The notes beneath the pieces were generated by a model. That model saw only the letters and a list, made by a program, of their open reading frames with translations. It had not been told where the DNA came from and made no database searches. Position numbers and translations under genes: made by a program. A stretch of DNA of 64,000 nt from Macrostomum lignano (taxonomy: Eukaryota): assembly GCA_002269645.1 (NCBI GenBank), contig NIVC01000293.1:496001-560000 (forward strand), read 5' to 3'. The stretch's first letter is position 1, and every line of letters begins with the position of its first letter. This document shows positions 47,501-58,400 of this stretch, piece by piece.

Positions 47501-48618
47501 TTTTATTTAATTTACCCTTTCTTAGCTGACAGATAAAAGATTGCTAGTTCAATCAATAATCTACACTAATAATAGTAAGTATATCCCCAGGCAGCAACTA
47601 TCAACAGTCAAGCAATATTGTACAAATCAACAGTTTCTCACAGTATGCGACCGATGGGCGCCCCAAACGTCGACCCGACCAGCCGACAAGCCAATCTCCT
47701 CTTCGGCCTCCCTCAGAGCTGTCGCAGCCGCCCAGCTCAACTCAAGGTCGAAGTCGCAGTCCCTTCCGGTGGAGTTTAATTCGCGCACACCGCCAGGGAA
47801 GCTGACCTACAATGCAGTGTAGCGCAATTTGATTTATAGGTCTGCGGCCCAGCGGTATCGCGTCTGTCTTCGGTTCAGGAGGACCCGGGTTCGATCCCTG
47901 GTCCAACTTGCAATAATTTTAGGAAAAATATTTTTTTAATAAAAAAACTCGTATTATTACTACTAGTAGAGTATTAAAAATATTTTCTTGTTAATTATTT
48001 ATCATATTATTTTATATATTTTTTATTATGAGTAGAGTATTCAATAAATTTTCATTCTTACTTTTTTGGTGCATGTAATATTTCGCCATTTCTACTGTTT
48101 AGTAGAGTGTCGAGGAAAGGCTATGTGTAGAAATATCGATATTTATTTAATTTTAACATGTACACAATGATTTAATCAGACTTTGCTACTTAGAAACAAT
48201 CCAAATTAAAAATGGGTGCCAGAATTAGCTGTGGCAATTGAATGTGTATGTAGCGACCCCCATCTGACCCATTAGGGCCGGTGTAATCAATTATTATTAT
48301 TATTATTAATATGCCAATCAATTTTGCCAGCTAGCTGCCTACCTGCCCACTGTGGCTCCTGAGCTGGCCGGAACGCACGGTGTACAGGAGCCCGGGTCCG
48401 ACGTCCTTCAGCACGCAGAACGGCACCAACACGCTGGCCTGTCGATGATCTGCGGAAGCTGGGACGGACACTGGATGAGGCAGCCGCTGAGCCTGCTTCT
48501 GCAGAGCTTCAATGCAGCGTAGGCGGTTGGCACCTTCGAACAGGTGGCAGCGATGCATGCGGCTGAAGGGCGGGGGAGTGTCTTGAGAGACCTCTGTGGC
48601 ATCTGGCCTAAGGGACAT
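44520..48618 (-). CDS. NUDT8: Nudix hydrolase 8 (CoA-diphosphatase subfamily). Exons 48618-48343, 47806-47642, 44873-44520.
   Basis: ASVLVP, LLYTVRS..LRSHSGQ|VSFPGG, TALREAEEEIGL, DEVSLVL, RIWGLTA; phase-0 GT-AG junctions. Confidence 0.9.
44890..47390. repeat. (ATTAG)n-derived composite satellite, mainly the 20-bp unit AGATCAGAGTAGATTAGATT, ~2.5 kb, intronic
   Basis: Direct observation. Confidence 0.97.
47839..48308 (+). mobile_element. tRNA-Arg(TCG)-derived SINE: head 47839-47907, ~300-bp AT-rich interruption, body/tail 48208-48308 ending in (ATT)n
   Basis: A-box-like CGGCCCAGCGG, B-box GGTTCGATCCC, anticodon arm TCTG-TCTTCGGTT-CAGG resembling tRNA-Arg(UCG). The acceptor stem does not pair, so this is not a functional tRNA. 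The 3' part is homologous to the CORE-bearing copy at 38552-38612. Confidence 0.62.
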
Positions 48619-48679
48619 GCCAATTACGCTTTGTATGCAACTAAGGCTTGAGACTTGGGATTCAAAGTGTGATTCTTAG

Positions 48680-49130
48680 AAAAGCAGTGTGATTCTTAGG
48701 ATATTCAGTGTCATTCTTAGAAAGTCAGAGTTTGATTCTTAAAAAACCAGGGTGTGATTCTTAGAATTATGCAGTGTGATTCTTAGAATATGCAGTGTGA
48801 TTCTTAGAAAACCAGGGTGTGATTCTTAGAATTTGCAGTGTGATTCTTAGAATTATGCAGTGTGATTCTTAGAATATGCAGTGTGATTCTTAGAATATGC
48901 AGTGATTCTTAGAATAGGCAGTGTGATTCTTAGAATATGCAGTGTGATTCTTAGAATAGGCAGTGTGATTCTTAGAATATGCAGTGATTCTTAGAATAGG
49001 CAGTGTGATTCTTAGAATATGCAGTGTGATTCTTAGAATATGCAGTGTGATTCTTATTATCTTTAATAACTCTCAGACTATTTGAATAGATTTCTTATAA
49101 AACTTCTAAAAGCGTGATTCTTAGAATACA
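48680..49130. repeat. 21-bp minisatellite (GTGTGATTCTTAGAATATGCA)
   Basis: Tandem copies just upstream of the NUDT8 ATG. Confidence 0.92.
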
Positions 49131-49529
49131 CTTGGCTTCGTGAAAAATGATTAAGATTTAAAAATGATAAATTGGTATTCTTCAAGTAAAAGCATTTTTA
49201 ATTTCAAAATAGATCTTATTAGTACTACTTTATTACTATAAATTAAAATTCTTAGAATAAAACTCTTCAAGATATTAAAACAATAAACGTACAACTGGAT
49301 TAGGACTTTAAAAAGCTTAATTGTTTAAAGTTTAATTTCAACACATTATAAAAAGAAACAACAAATTTATATATTTGAAATTTTATCAAATAATTTCACG
49401 TAAGTTTCATTTCTAATAATTCATAAAGCCTAAAATGCACTACAAAAATGGTTGGAAATCGCATTGCACTACAAATACCATACGAGCCTACAACCAAGTT
49501 AATAAATTATAATAAGTAATTTTCTATTT

Positions 49530-52082
49530 TCAAGATTTATAAACCGATTTCAGTCGAGCAACCACAGCGGCAGGGTCTGGGCTCTTGATCAGGGCGGTGC
49601 CGGACACCAGAACGTTGGCACCGGCTGATGCGCACTGGGCAACATTGTCTGGCGTTACGCCACCATCAACTTCGATATCTAACGTGGCGTATCGATCGCG
49701 GAGCGACTTCACTTTGGGCATCATGTCAGACATGAACGATTGACCCCCGAAGCCTGGGTGCACCGTCATTACTAGGATCTGCGAGGTATATAGGATTTGG
49801 GATCGGAATGGTTAGGGTAGGAATCTAGATATTGAGATTGCGATCATTGATTTTGATTTTGAGATTATTGATTTGGAGATTGGGATTATTGATTCTGAGA
49901 TCAGGATTATTGATTTTGAGATTGGGATTATTGATTTTGAGATTATTGATTTGGAGATTGGGATTATTGATTTTGAGATTATTGATTTGGAGATTGGGAT
50001 TATTGGTTTAGAAATAGGGATTGATTCAGGGAGTAATAGGGAGTATTGATTTTGAAACTGGGATTTTTTATTTTGAGATTGAGATTGTTAATTCTGAGAT
50101 CAGGATTATTGATTTTGAAACTGGGATTTTTTATTTTGAGATTGAGATTGTTAATTCTGAGATCAGGATTATTGATTTTGAAACTGGGATTTTTTATTTT
50201 GAGATTGAGATTATTGATTTTGAGATTGGGATTTTTTATTTTGAGATTGAGATTGTTGATTCTGAGATCAGGATTATTGATTTTGAGATTGGGATTATTG
50301 ATTTTGAGATTGAGATTGTTGATTCTGAGATCAGGATTATTGATTTTGAGATTGGGATTATTGATTTTGAGATTGAGATTATTGATTCTGAGATCAGGAT
50401 TATTGATTTTGAGATTGGGATTATTGATTCTGAGATTGAGATTGTTGATTCTGAGATCAGGATTATTGATTTTGAGATTGGGATTATTGATTTTGAGATT
50501 GAGATTGTTGATTCTGAGATCAGGATTATTGATTTTGAAACTGGGATTTTTTATTTTGAGATTGAGATTGTTGATTCTGAGATCAGGATTATTGATTTTG
50601 AGATTGGGATTATTGATTCTGAGATTGAGATTATTGATTCTGAGATTGAGATTGTTGATTCTGAGATCAGGATTATTGATTTTGAGATTGGGATTATTGA
50701 TTTTGAGATTGAGATTGTTGATTCTGAGATCAGGATTATTGATTTTGAGATTGGGATTATTGATTTTGAGATTGAGATTATTGATTCTGAGATCAGGATT
50801 ATTGATTTTGAGATTGGGATTATTGATTCTGAGATTGAGATTATTGATTCTGAGATCAGGATGATTGATTTTGAGATTGGGATTATTGATTCTGAGATTG
50901 GGATTATTGATTCTGAGATCAGGATTATTGATTTTGAGATTGGGATTATTGATTTAGAAATAGGGATTGATTCAGGGAGTAATAGGGAGTATTGATTTTG
51001 AATCTTGGATTTTTTATTTTGAGATTGAGATTATTGATTCTGAGATCAGGATTATTGATTCTGAGATCAGGATTATTGATTCTGAGATTGAGATTATTGA
51101 TTCTGAGATCAGGATTATTGATTTTGAGATTCGGATTATTGATTTTGAGATTCGGATTATTGATTTTGAGATTGGGATTATTGATTCTGAGATTGGGATT
51201 ATTGATTCTGAGATCAGGATTATTGATTTTGAGATTCGGATTATTGATTTTGAGATTCGGATTATTGATTTTGAGATTGGGATTATTGATTCTGAGATTG
51301 GGATTATTGATTCTGAGATTGGGATTATTGATTCTGAGATTGGGATTATTGATTCTGAGATACGAATTCTTGATTTTAAGATTGGGATTTCTTATTTTAG
51401 GATTGGGATTCTTGATTTTATGATCATACATTTCATGACATCTTGAAAAGGGGCCTAAATGACATTGATATCAGGAATAAAAACTACAGCCCTAGTGATT
51501 AATAGAATGAATTATTTATTAAATTTTCAATAACCTGGTCAACAGACTCCACAAAGGGAAACACCAAATGCACAGGCGTGTCCGGGCTGATCCCAAGTCC
51601 CACTCGCATCCCATTCTCTCGGATATGCCGAATGCACTCGCTGCAAGCTTCGGTGTCAACATTCCCAATGGCTGGCGAAGAAGAGTCGCTGCCGCCACCT
51701 GTGGAGCCGATTTGACAGAATGGCTCCAGGTGGAATGTGTACTGATTGGCCCCCGCACTGGCCATGGGCTGCACCCACTGGCGCGGCTTAGAGACCATCA
51801 TGTGCACCTGGGAGTCAGGGTGAGAATGATGGGTGAGAAGGACATTCCTGGCTACGCGCAAAACTATTGAACTGAAATTACTGCCTAATTGTCTCTCTGT
51901 CTGTCTGCCTGCCTGTCTGTCTGTCTGCCTGCCTGCCTGTTTTTCCGTCTGCCTGCCTGTTTTTCCGTCTGTCTGTCTGTCTGTCTGTCTATCTGTTAGT
52001 CTGCCTGTCTGTCTGCCCGTCTGCCTGTCTGCCTGCCTGTCTGTCTGTCTGCCTGTTTTTTGTCTGTCTGCCTGCCTGTTTT

Positions 52083-52113
<31 letters not shown>

Positions 52114-52446
52114 GTTAGTCTGCCTGTCTGTCTGCCCGTCTGCCTGTCTGTCTGTCTGTCTGTCTGCCTGCCTGTCTGTCTGTCTGCCTGTTTTTTTGTC
52201 TGTCTGCCTGCCTGTTTTTCTGTCTGTCTGTCTGTCTGTCTATCTGTTAGTCTGCCTGTCTGTCTGCCCGTCTGCCTGTCTGTCTGTCTGTCTGTCTGCC
52301 TGCCTGTCTGTCTGTCTGCCTGTTTTTTTGTCTGTCTGCCTGCCTGTTTTTCTGTCTGTCTGTCTGTCTGTCTATCTGTTAGTCTGCCTGTCTGTCTGCC
52401 CGTCTGCCTGTCTGTCTGTCTGTCTGTCTGTCTGCCTGCCGTTTTT

Positions 52447-52477
<31 letters not shown>

Positions 52478-53408
52478 GTTAGTCTGTCTGTCTGTCTGCC
52501 CGTCTGCCTGTCTGTCTGTCTGCCTGCCTGTCTGTCTGTCTGTCTGCCTGTTTTTTTGTCTGTCTGCCTGCCTGTTTTTCCGTCTGCCTGCCTGTTTTTC
52601 CGTCTGTCTGTCTGTCTGTCTGTCTATCTGTTAGTCTGCCTGTCTGTCTGCCCGTCTGCCTGTCTGTCTGTCTGTCTGCCTGCCTGTCTGTCTGTCTGCC
52701 TGTTTTTTGTCTGTCTGCCTGCCTGTTTTTTGTCTGTCTGCCTGCCTGTTTTTCTGTCTGTCTGCCTGCCTGTTTTTCCGTCTGTCTGTCTGTCTGTCTG
52801 TCTATCTGTTAGTCTGCCTGTCTGTCTGTCTGCCTGTCTGTCTGTCTGCCTGCCTGTCTGTCTGCCTGCCTGTCTGTCTCTCTGTCTGTCTGTCTGTCTG
52901 CCTGCCTGTCGGTCTGTCTGCATTTTTCATGCCCAGTAGTATCTCATCAAATATCATAAATTTCTTATAACTGTATTCCTAACGACTATTTTCTCTCTGT
53001 GCCATTCTATTGCATCAAGCAAGCAAGCATCAAGCAAGCAAGCATCAATGCATCAAGCATAGTCATCAATCCAACTGTCCCAGTGTCTGCATGCACATCT
53101 TATTAGTGTACAGTGCAGTCATATAAGCTTAGTCCAGTGGTATCAATGCCAGCCCGAATCAGCACAAAGCATCAACTGCTAACCTCAAGAAGTACACCTG
53201 GCAGCTTTGGACGAAGGCACTGCACAACAGGATGACCAAATGTTAAATTTGGCACAAAGTGGCCATCCATGACATCCAGATGGAGAAAATCAGAACCAGC
53301 TGAAATCATTCTGTTGCATTCCGAGTGTAGCTCGGCCAGGTCTGAGTTCAGAATGGAAGCAGCAACCTTCACTGGTGGTGAATGAGGCTGACACTGTTGC
53401 GGCTGCAT
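49530..53408 (-). CDS. RPE: Ribulose-phosphate 3-epimerase. Exons 53408-53184, 51807-51535, 49778-49530.
   Basis: [24 protein letters not shown]|[46 protein letters not shown]. Metal ligands H/D/H/D are present. Confidence 0.96.
49840..51420. repeat. 21/27-bp AT-rich minisatellite (ATTATTGATTTTGAGATTGGG family), two blocks with a duplicated junction
   Basis: TTTAGAAATAGGGATTGATTCAGGGAGTAATAGGGAGTATTG occurs at ~50007 and ~50952. Confidence 0.95.
51890..52920. repeat. Compound (CTGT/CTGC)n microsatellite with longer-period blocks, in an RPE intron
   Basis: Direct observation. Confidence 0.96.
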
Positions 53409-55432
53409 TAGGACTTGGTGTTTATTAAATATGAGCAAACTTAACAAGATAGTTTACCAATAGAAGATTTTCTCATGAATAAAAAGGTAATTTGCTTATT
53501 TCTCTAAGTATAATATTTAGGTCCTAACAAACAAGTATGCCATTTTATAATAGGGGTTAATAGGGAATAATAGGAATAAACTACGAGATTAGCTAATACA
53601 TATATTACTATATTATTATAAAAGCATATGCCTAGCTAAAAGCGGACAAGAAATAATATAATAATAGTGAAGTGTATTGAAAATTGGAAATGCATCTATA
53701 ATTTTTTTAGATGTATGTATGCATATACATATGTTTTCATTCTTTGAACTTTTTGCATTGTATAAATGAAATTTTTGTTGCAGTAAACATTAATTATTGG
53801 GCCCAATAACTGAAACCTTTTTTGATATATTTTTATATAGATAGGCCTAGGATTCATTCAAAATTGACCTTAATAGTGAAATAAAAATATGATGTAGTTT
53901 ACAAGTATTTATCAAAATTACTTCAATTTGTTTTATCTATATAGATACATATATACATATATACATACTATATTGGCATATAATCTTATATCTAAAGCTG
54001 AGTAGACCAACTAGGTTTAAGTTTAATGTGTATCTCCCTCTAGATGACAGGCAACTCAAATGCCATAATTTAACAGTATTATCTCAAGTTAACAGAGGGA
54101 GTCTTGATTGACTACAATTTAATAGAGATAGTATTGATATTAAATTGATAAGATGCAATTTATTAGAGGATTTTGATGAAGGATTCTTGTTTCACAGAGA
54201 GGATTTTGATAGATTTCAATTTCATAGAGAGTTAAAATGTGAAAGAAAAATGAATAGAAGAAAGAGAAAAAATTAAAAAAGAGAAAAAGATAAGAGAAGA
54301 AGGCAAGAAGAGAAATAAGAGCAAAGAGGAAAAGAGAAGAGACAATAGATTATACCAATTTTTCTAGTGCAAATCAACAATTTCTCTGACATATTTGCCA
54401 CATTTATAGTGCAGAACTGCATAGTTGGATGAATATAGGCCTATTCTATTAATTAGTAATTATTAGAATTTTGCTGATTATTGTAATATATAATTCTTTG
54501 CATCTTTTAGATGTCTTTGTATTATAATTATAGTAATAACAATAATAATAATAGATTACACCTGCCCCAATTGGGCCAGATGTGCAATTGACAGCTTAGC
54601 CGCAGTTACACATTTTGTCAAGTGAGAAGTCGGTTTCGTAGATAAGTAACATTTTAAAAAAGCAACTACAATAACAAAAAAAGATAAAGTATTTTATGTG
54701 ACCTTAAAGTATAAAAAAGTTTTATAATTAGCAACTTTTATAGCTAAAAGATTATTATGTCTTTCTTTAACATATTTTTAAGTGGGAATAATCACAACGA
54801 TAAATCATTTTTTCTAAGACATCAATCATCATCCAGTCGTTAATCTAATATCACGACGACGGTTTTCTACTTTTCTAGTGATGATTTGCTTTTGCTAGTG
54901 TAGAAAAACTTTAAATAGACTAAATAGTCCTAAGCATTAATAGAGATCTAATTAAGATCTCAACAATAGTACGTGTTACTTTATATTTATATTTACGAAG
55001 TACATTCAATTTTATCGCCAGCTGATTCAATAAAACTTAAAAGTAGTCGTCAAAGTTAAAACTGGCGACATTGTTAGTCTAAATAGAAACTGCAAATTTA
55101 CGTAGCACTTCCATCTAATTTTCTCTTATAATAAATTGCTACTGAACAATATTCAGCTAATCAGCTCTACTACAGCTTAATATACATAGCCTAACATAGA
55201 TGATTTTTCCTTCTTCAGATTGCTAATTTTCACTACACAACACTACACAAGCTGGACTAAACATTTTGTTTCGATTTTTTAACAATTTGTATTCTTTATA
55301 AATAATATAGTTCTGTTCAGAAGTAGTATTAAAGCTAAGCATCATTGTAATTTGTAGTCTGAAAGCAAAAAGTTTATAAACCTAAATTAAAACAAACTAT
55401 TTCATGTGGAATGCAGTTTTGTAAAAAGAAAA

Positions 55433-58400
55433 ATGTCACTATTTGACTTTCAATCAAGAGAGGTTGTTCATGTCAAAGTAAAGGTAAGTGTCAGTAGTTT
55501 ATTACTTTTTATCATAAACTAAATATACTTAATAAAGATAGTTACATTTCAATTCTACTAGGCAAAGTATTTCAAGCATTCCCATGGATGGAAGTTTAGT
55601 TGGATAGGCCCCTATAAAATTTAAGCAAAGTTGCCATGGGGACTATATATAATTCAACCTAATTTTTTTATTTAAAGTTTAGTAACAAAAAATGCCAAAA
55701 TTAAATTAATTAGGCCTATTAATTTAATTTAATTTAACTTTAGGATAATATATTTGCTTTATATCATAAATTCCTAGCCTAGATAAAGCTAATGTAATTA
55801 TTAATATTTAGCTGTATATAAGCCTTTTGTGCACAAGCAGAAAACAAGTCATTTTATTTATATAAATATTAAAGGATTTTTAGCATAAGACTTTTATATT
55901 CATACATGTGCAACCTCCAAAATTCGGTCGGCCATGTGACTTAGTTTTAACAAAAATGCAACATAGTTTTTGGCCAAAAATGTGACTTACATATAAAAAA
56001 CCCTAAGACAAAATTAATGCAACTTTAGGTAAATGGCAGGAGTAACTATGACTGTCTTATTAAGTTGAAATGTCTCATCAGCTACTTGGTACTACTACTT
56101 TGGTATTTTTTCGGGTGGGCATTTTTGCGACTTCCTTGGTTAGCCACCAAATCAGTTGGCCAGATTGGCCGACTATTGGCAGTATTGCGCATGTATGTTT
56201 ATATTAATCAAATTTATATAGCAAAAGAATATAAATATTTGAATAATTATCTTTAATATCCATTAGCACTCATATAGGTAGCACTATATTTAAGAAAAAA
56301 TATCTTTATTATTAAGTTTTTTATTATTAATTTAGTTCAATATACAATCATTAGGAGTTTACTATGTTTTTACTAGTAAAACAAGATCTTTAAACTAACT
56401 TTGTTGATACAAATAAAATCAAGGTTTCAATAAAAAGCTTAGCCAAGATAGGGAGGGGGGCTAAAGACTTGCCCCCCCAGAGAGGGAATTTTTTATTGCC
56501 TTTGTATTTTGCTTCTATGGCTAATGTCAAAGATAGATTAATATTATTTGTCCCCCTATGACATGAATCCTGGCTATGCACCTAGTTTCAATTATAAATT
56601 AAATTAAATATAACATGTAATGATACAAAATACAGGTATATCAAAATTTCATTAAAACCAATGCATTTATTTTAGTTGTGCAGTTCAACTGATGATGCAG
56701 TATACAAGAAGTTTAGCATTGATCCTGGCATCACAACCTTTGAAGTACTACAGCGACTTTTGTCTAGAGCATTTGATATCAAGTGGTAAGTTAAATCTTA
56801 TTGCTCAATAGGATTCCCATCAATGCAATCCCAATTCAAGTCAGATTTGGGGATGTGGGATTTGAATCCCATTGTCAGAGTTGGGATTTGAATCCCATCT
56901 GTCAGAGTTGGGATTTGAATCCCATCTGTCAGAGTTGGGATTTGAATCCCATCTGTCAGAGTTGCGATTTGAATCCCATCTGTCAGAGTTGGGATTTGAA
57001 TCCCATCTGTCAGAGTTGGGATTTGAATTCCATCTGTCAGAGTTGGGATTTGAATCCCATCTTTCAGATCGGGACATGTGGATTTAGTACATCCTTTCTC
57101 TCTGCCTTCGTTTTTCACTTTCTATGCTTTGTTTAATTTTCCAGCGACTTTACCATATCCTACCTGGTGACAGATGACATTGGGGAGAAGGTCTACCTAT
57201 CTATGCTGTCAGACTGGGATCTTGATGCGGCTATACTTAGCGCTTCAGATCCCATTCTAAGGCTGAAGATAACATTGAGGAATTTTGACAATGCAACTCA
57301 TGGTAAGGTTATAAAATTTTGTTTTTAATGAGCAAATGAAAAATGTCCTTTCCTGATTTTTCATACTTTTTGTTTGCACAAGCGCTGCTTAATTTCTATT
57401 GAGGTTCCTTTATTTTTATTTACTAATTGCACAGCAACTCATGGTAAGTGACTGTGACTGATGATGGAAACCTTCAGTACAAAAATAATGATATTATGCA
57501 ACTTTGATATTAATCAAAATGCTTTTCTGTTGTACGAGGCCAGAGGTGAATTTATCTACAAAGATAAATCTAGTGTTGCACAGTTACATACTTGCATAGG
57601 CTGTTATATAGTACTTTTGTATATAAGTAGTATGTTAAAATATGACAATTTATAATTAAATAATTAATTTCAGGCCTAGATAGTGGAGTATTCACCTTTC
57701 ACCAGTCGTACAATCAGAGCTTTGAAGACGGGCTCAATCACGAGGATGAGTCTAAAATGGCTTGTAAATAATCTCGCTATAATATACGTATAAAAATGAG
57801 ACTAATAAGAATTAATTATTTGCCGTGCACTTTAAAGGGGTGAATTTGCGTGCTTTTTTATGGAACAACTGCTACTCTCACAGCTTTGAGTTTTGACTTT
57901 TCACTTTTGCGCTATTTTTACTTTTCACCAGTTTTTCCCACAGTTACAACAGAAATTGTTCTCGTTACAGTTGGTTGCAGCTTTAACTCAACTTTAATTG
58001 AATGCTTTAGGACATTGTAATAAAGCATTGCTTTTTTGCTGTTATATTGGCGTGTTTCTTAATTGTTGGTTTGGGTATGGCGGTGCTGCCATGTTAAGAT
58101 TTTTACAAAATTAGTTATTTTGTTTATTGTTTTTTTTCGCTATTATTCATATTTATCGAGAAGATAAAATTTAGTGTAGCTTATATCTATCTAAATCATA
58201 CTTTATTAAATCCGATATGTATCGAAAGTATACTTAATCGTAGCCGATATGTATTGAAAAGATACTTTAGTAAAGCCGATATAAATTATAGGATATTTTT
58301 GCTAAGCTAAAATGTATCGAAAGTGTACTTTAGCGTGGCCGATACGTATATAGAAGGGATACTTTAAAGTAGCCGATATGTATCCAAAGGATACTTTAGC

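Noticed and set aside
47839-47907. Functional tRNA-Arg gene
   Set aside because: The acceptor stem does not pair and the anticodon stem has mismatches; better explained as a SINE head.
50021-51446. EIRIIDFEI / LRLGLLI ORFs
   Set aside because: Translations of an intronic minisatellite in RPE.
56857-57060. CRISPR-like array of palindromic direct repeats
   Set aside because: No unique spacers, no cas genes, and a eukaryotic intron context.
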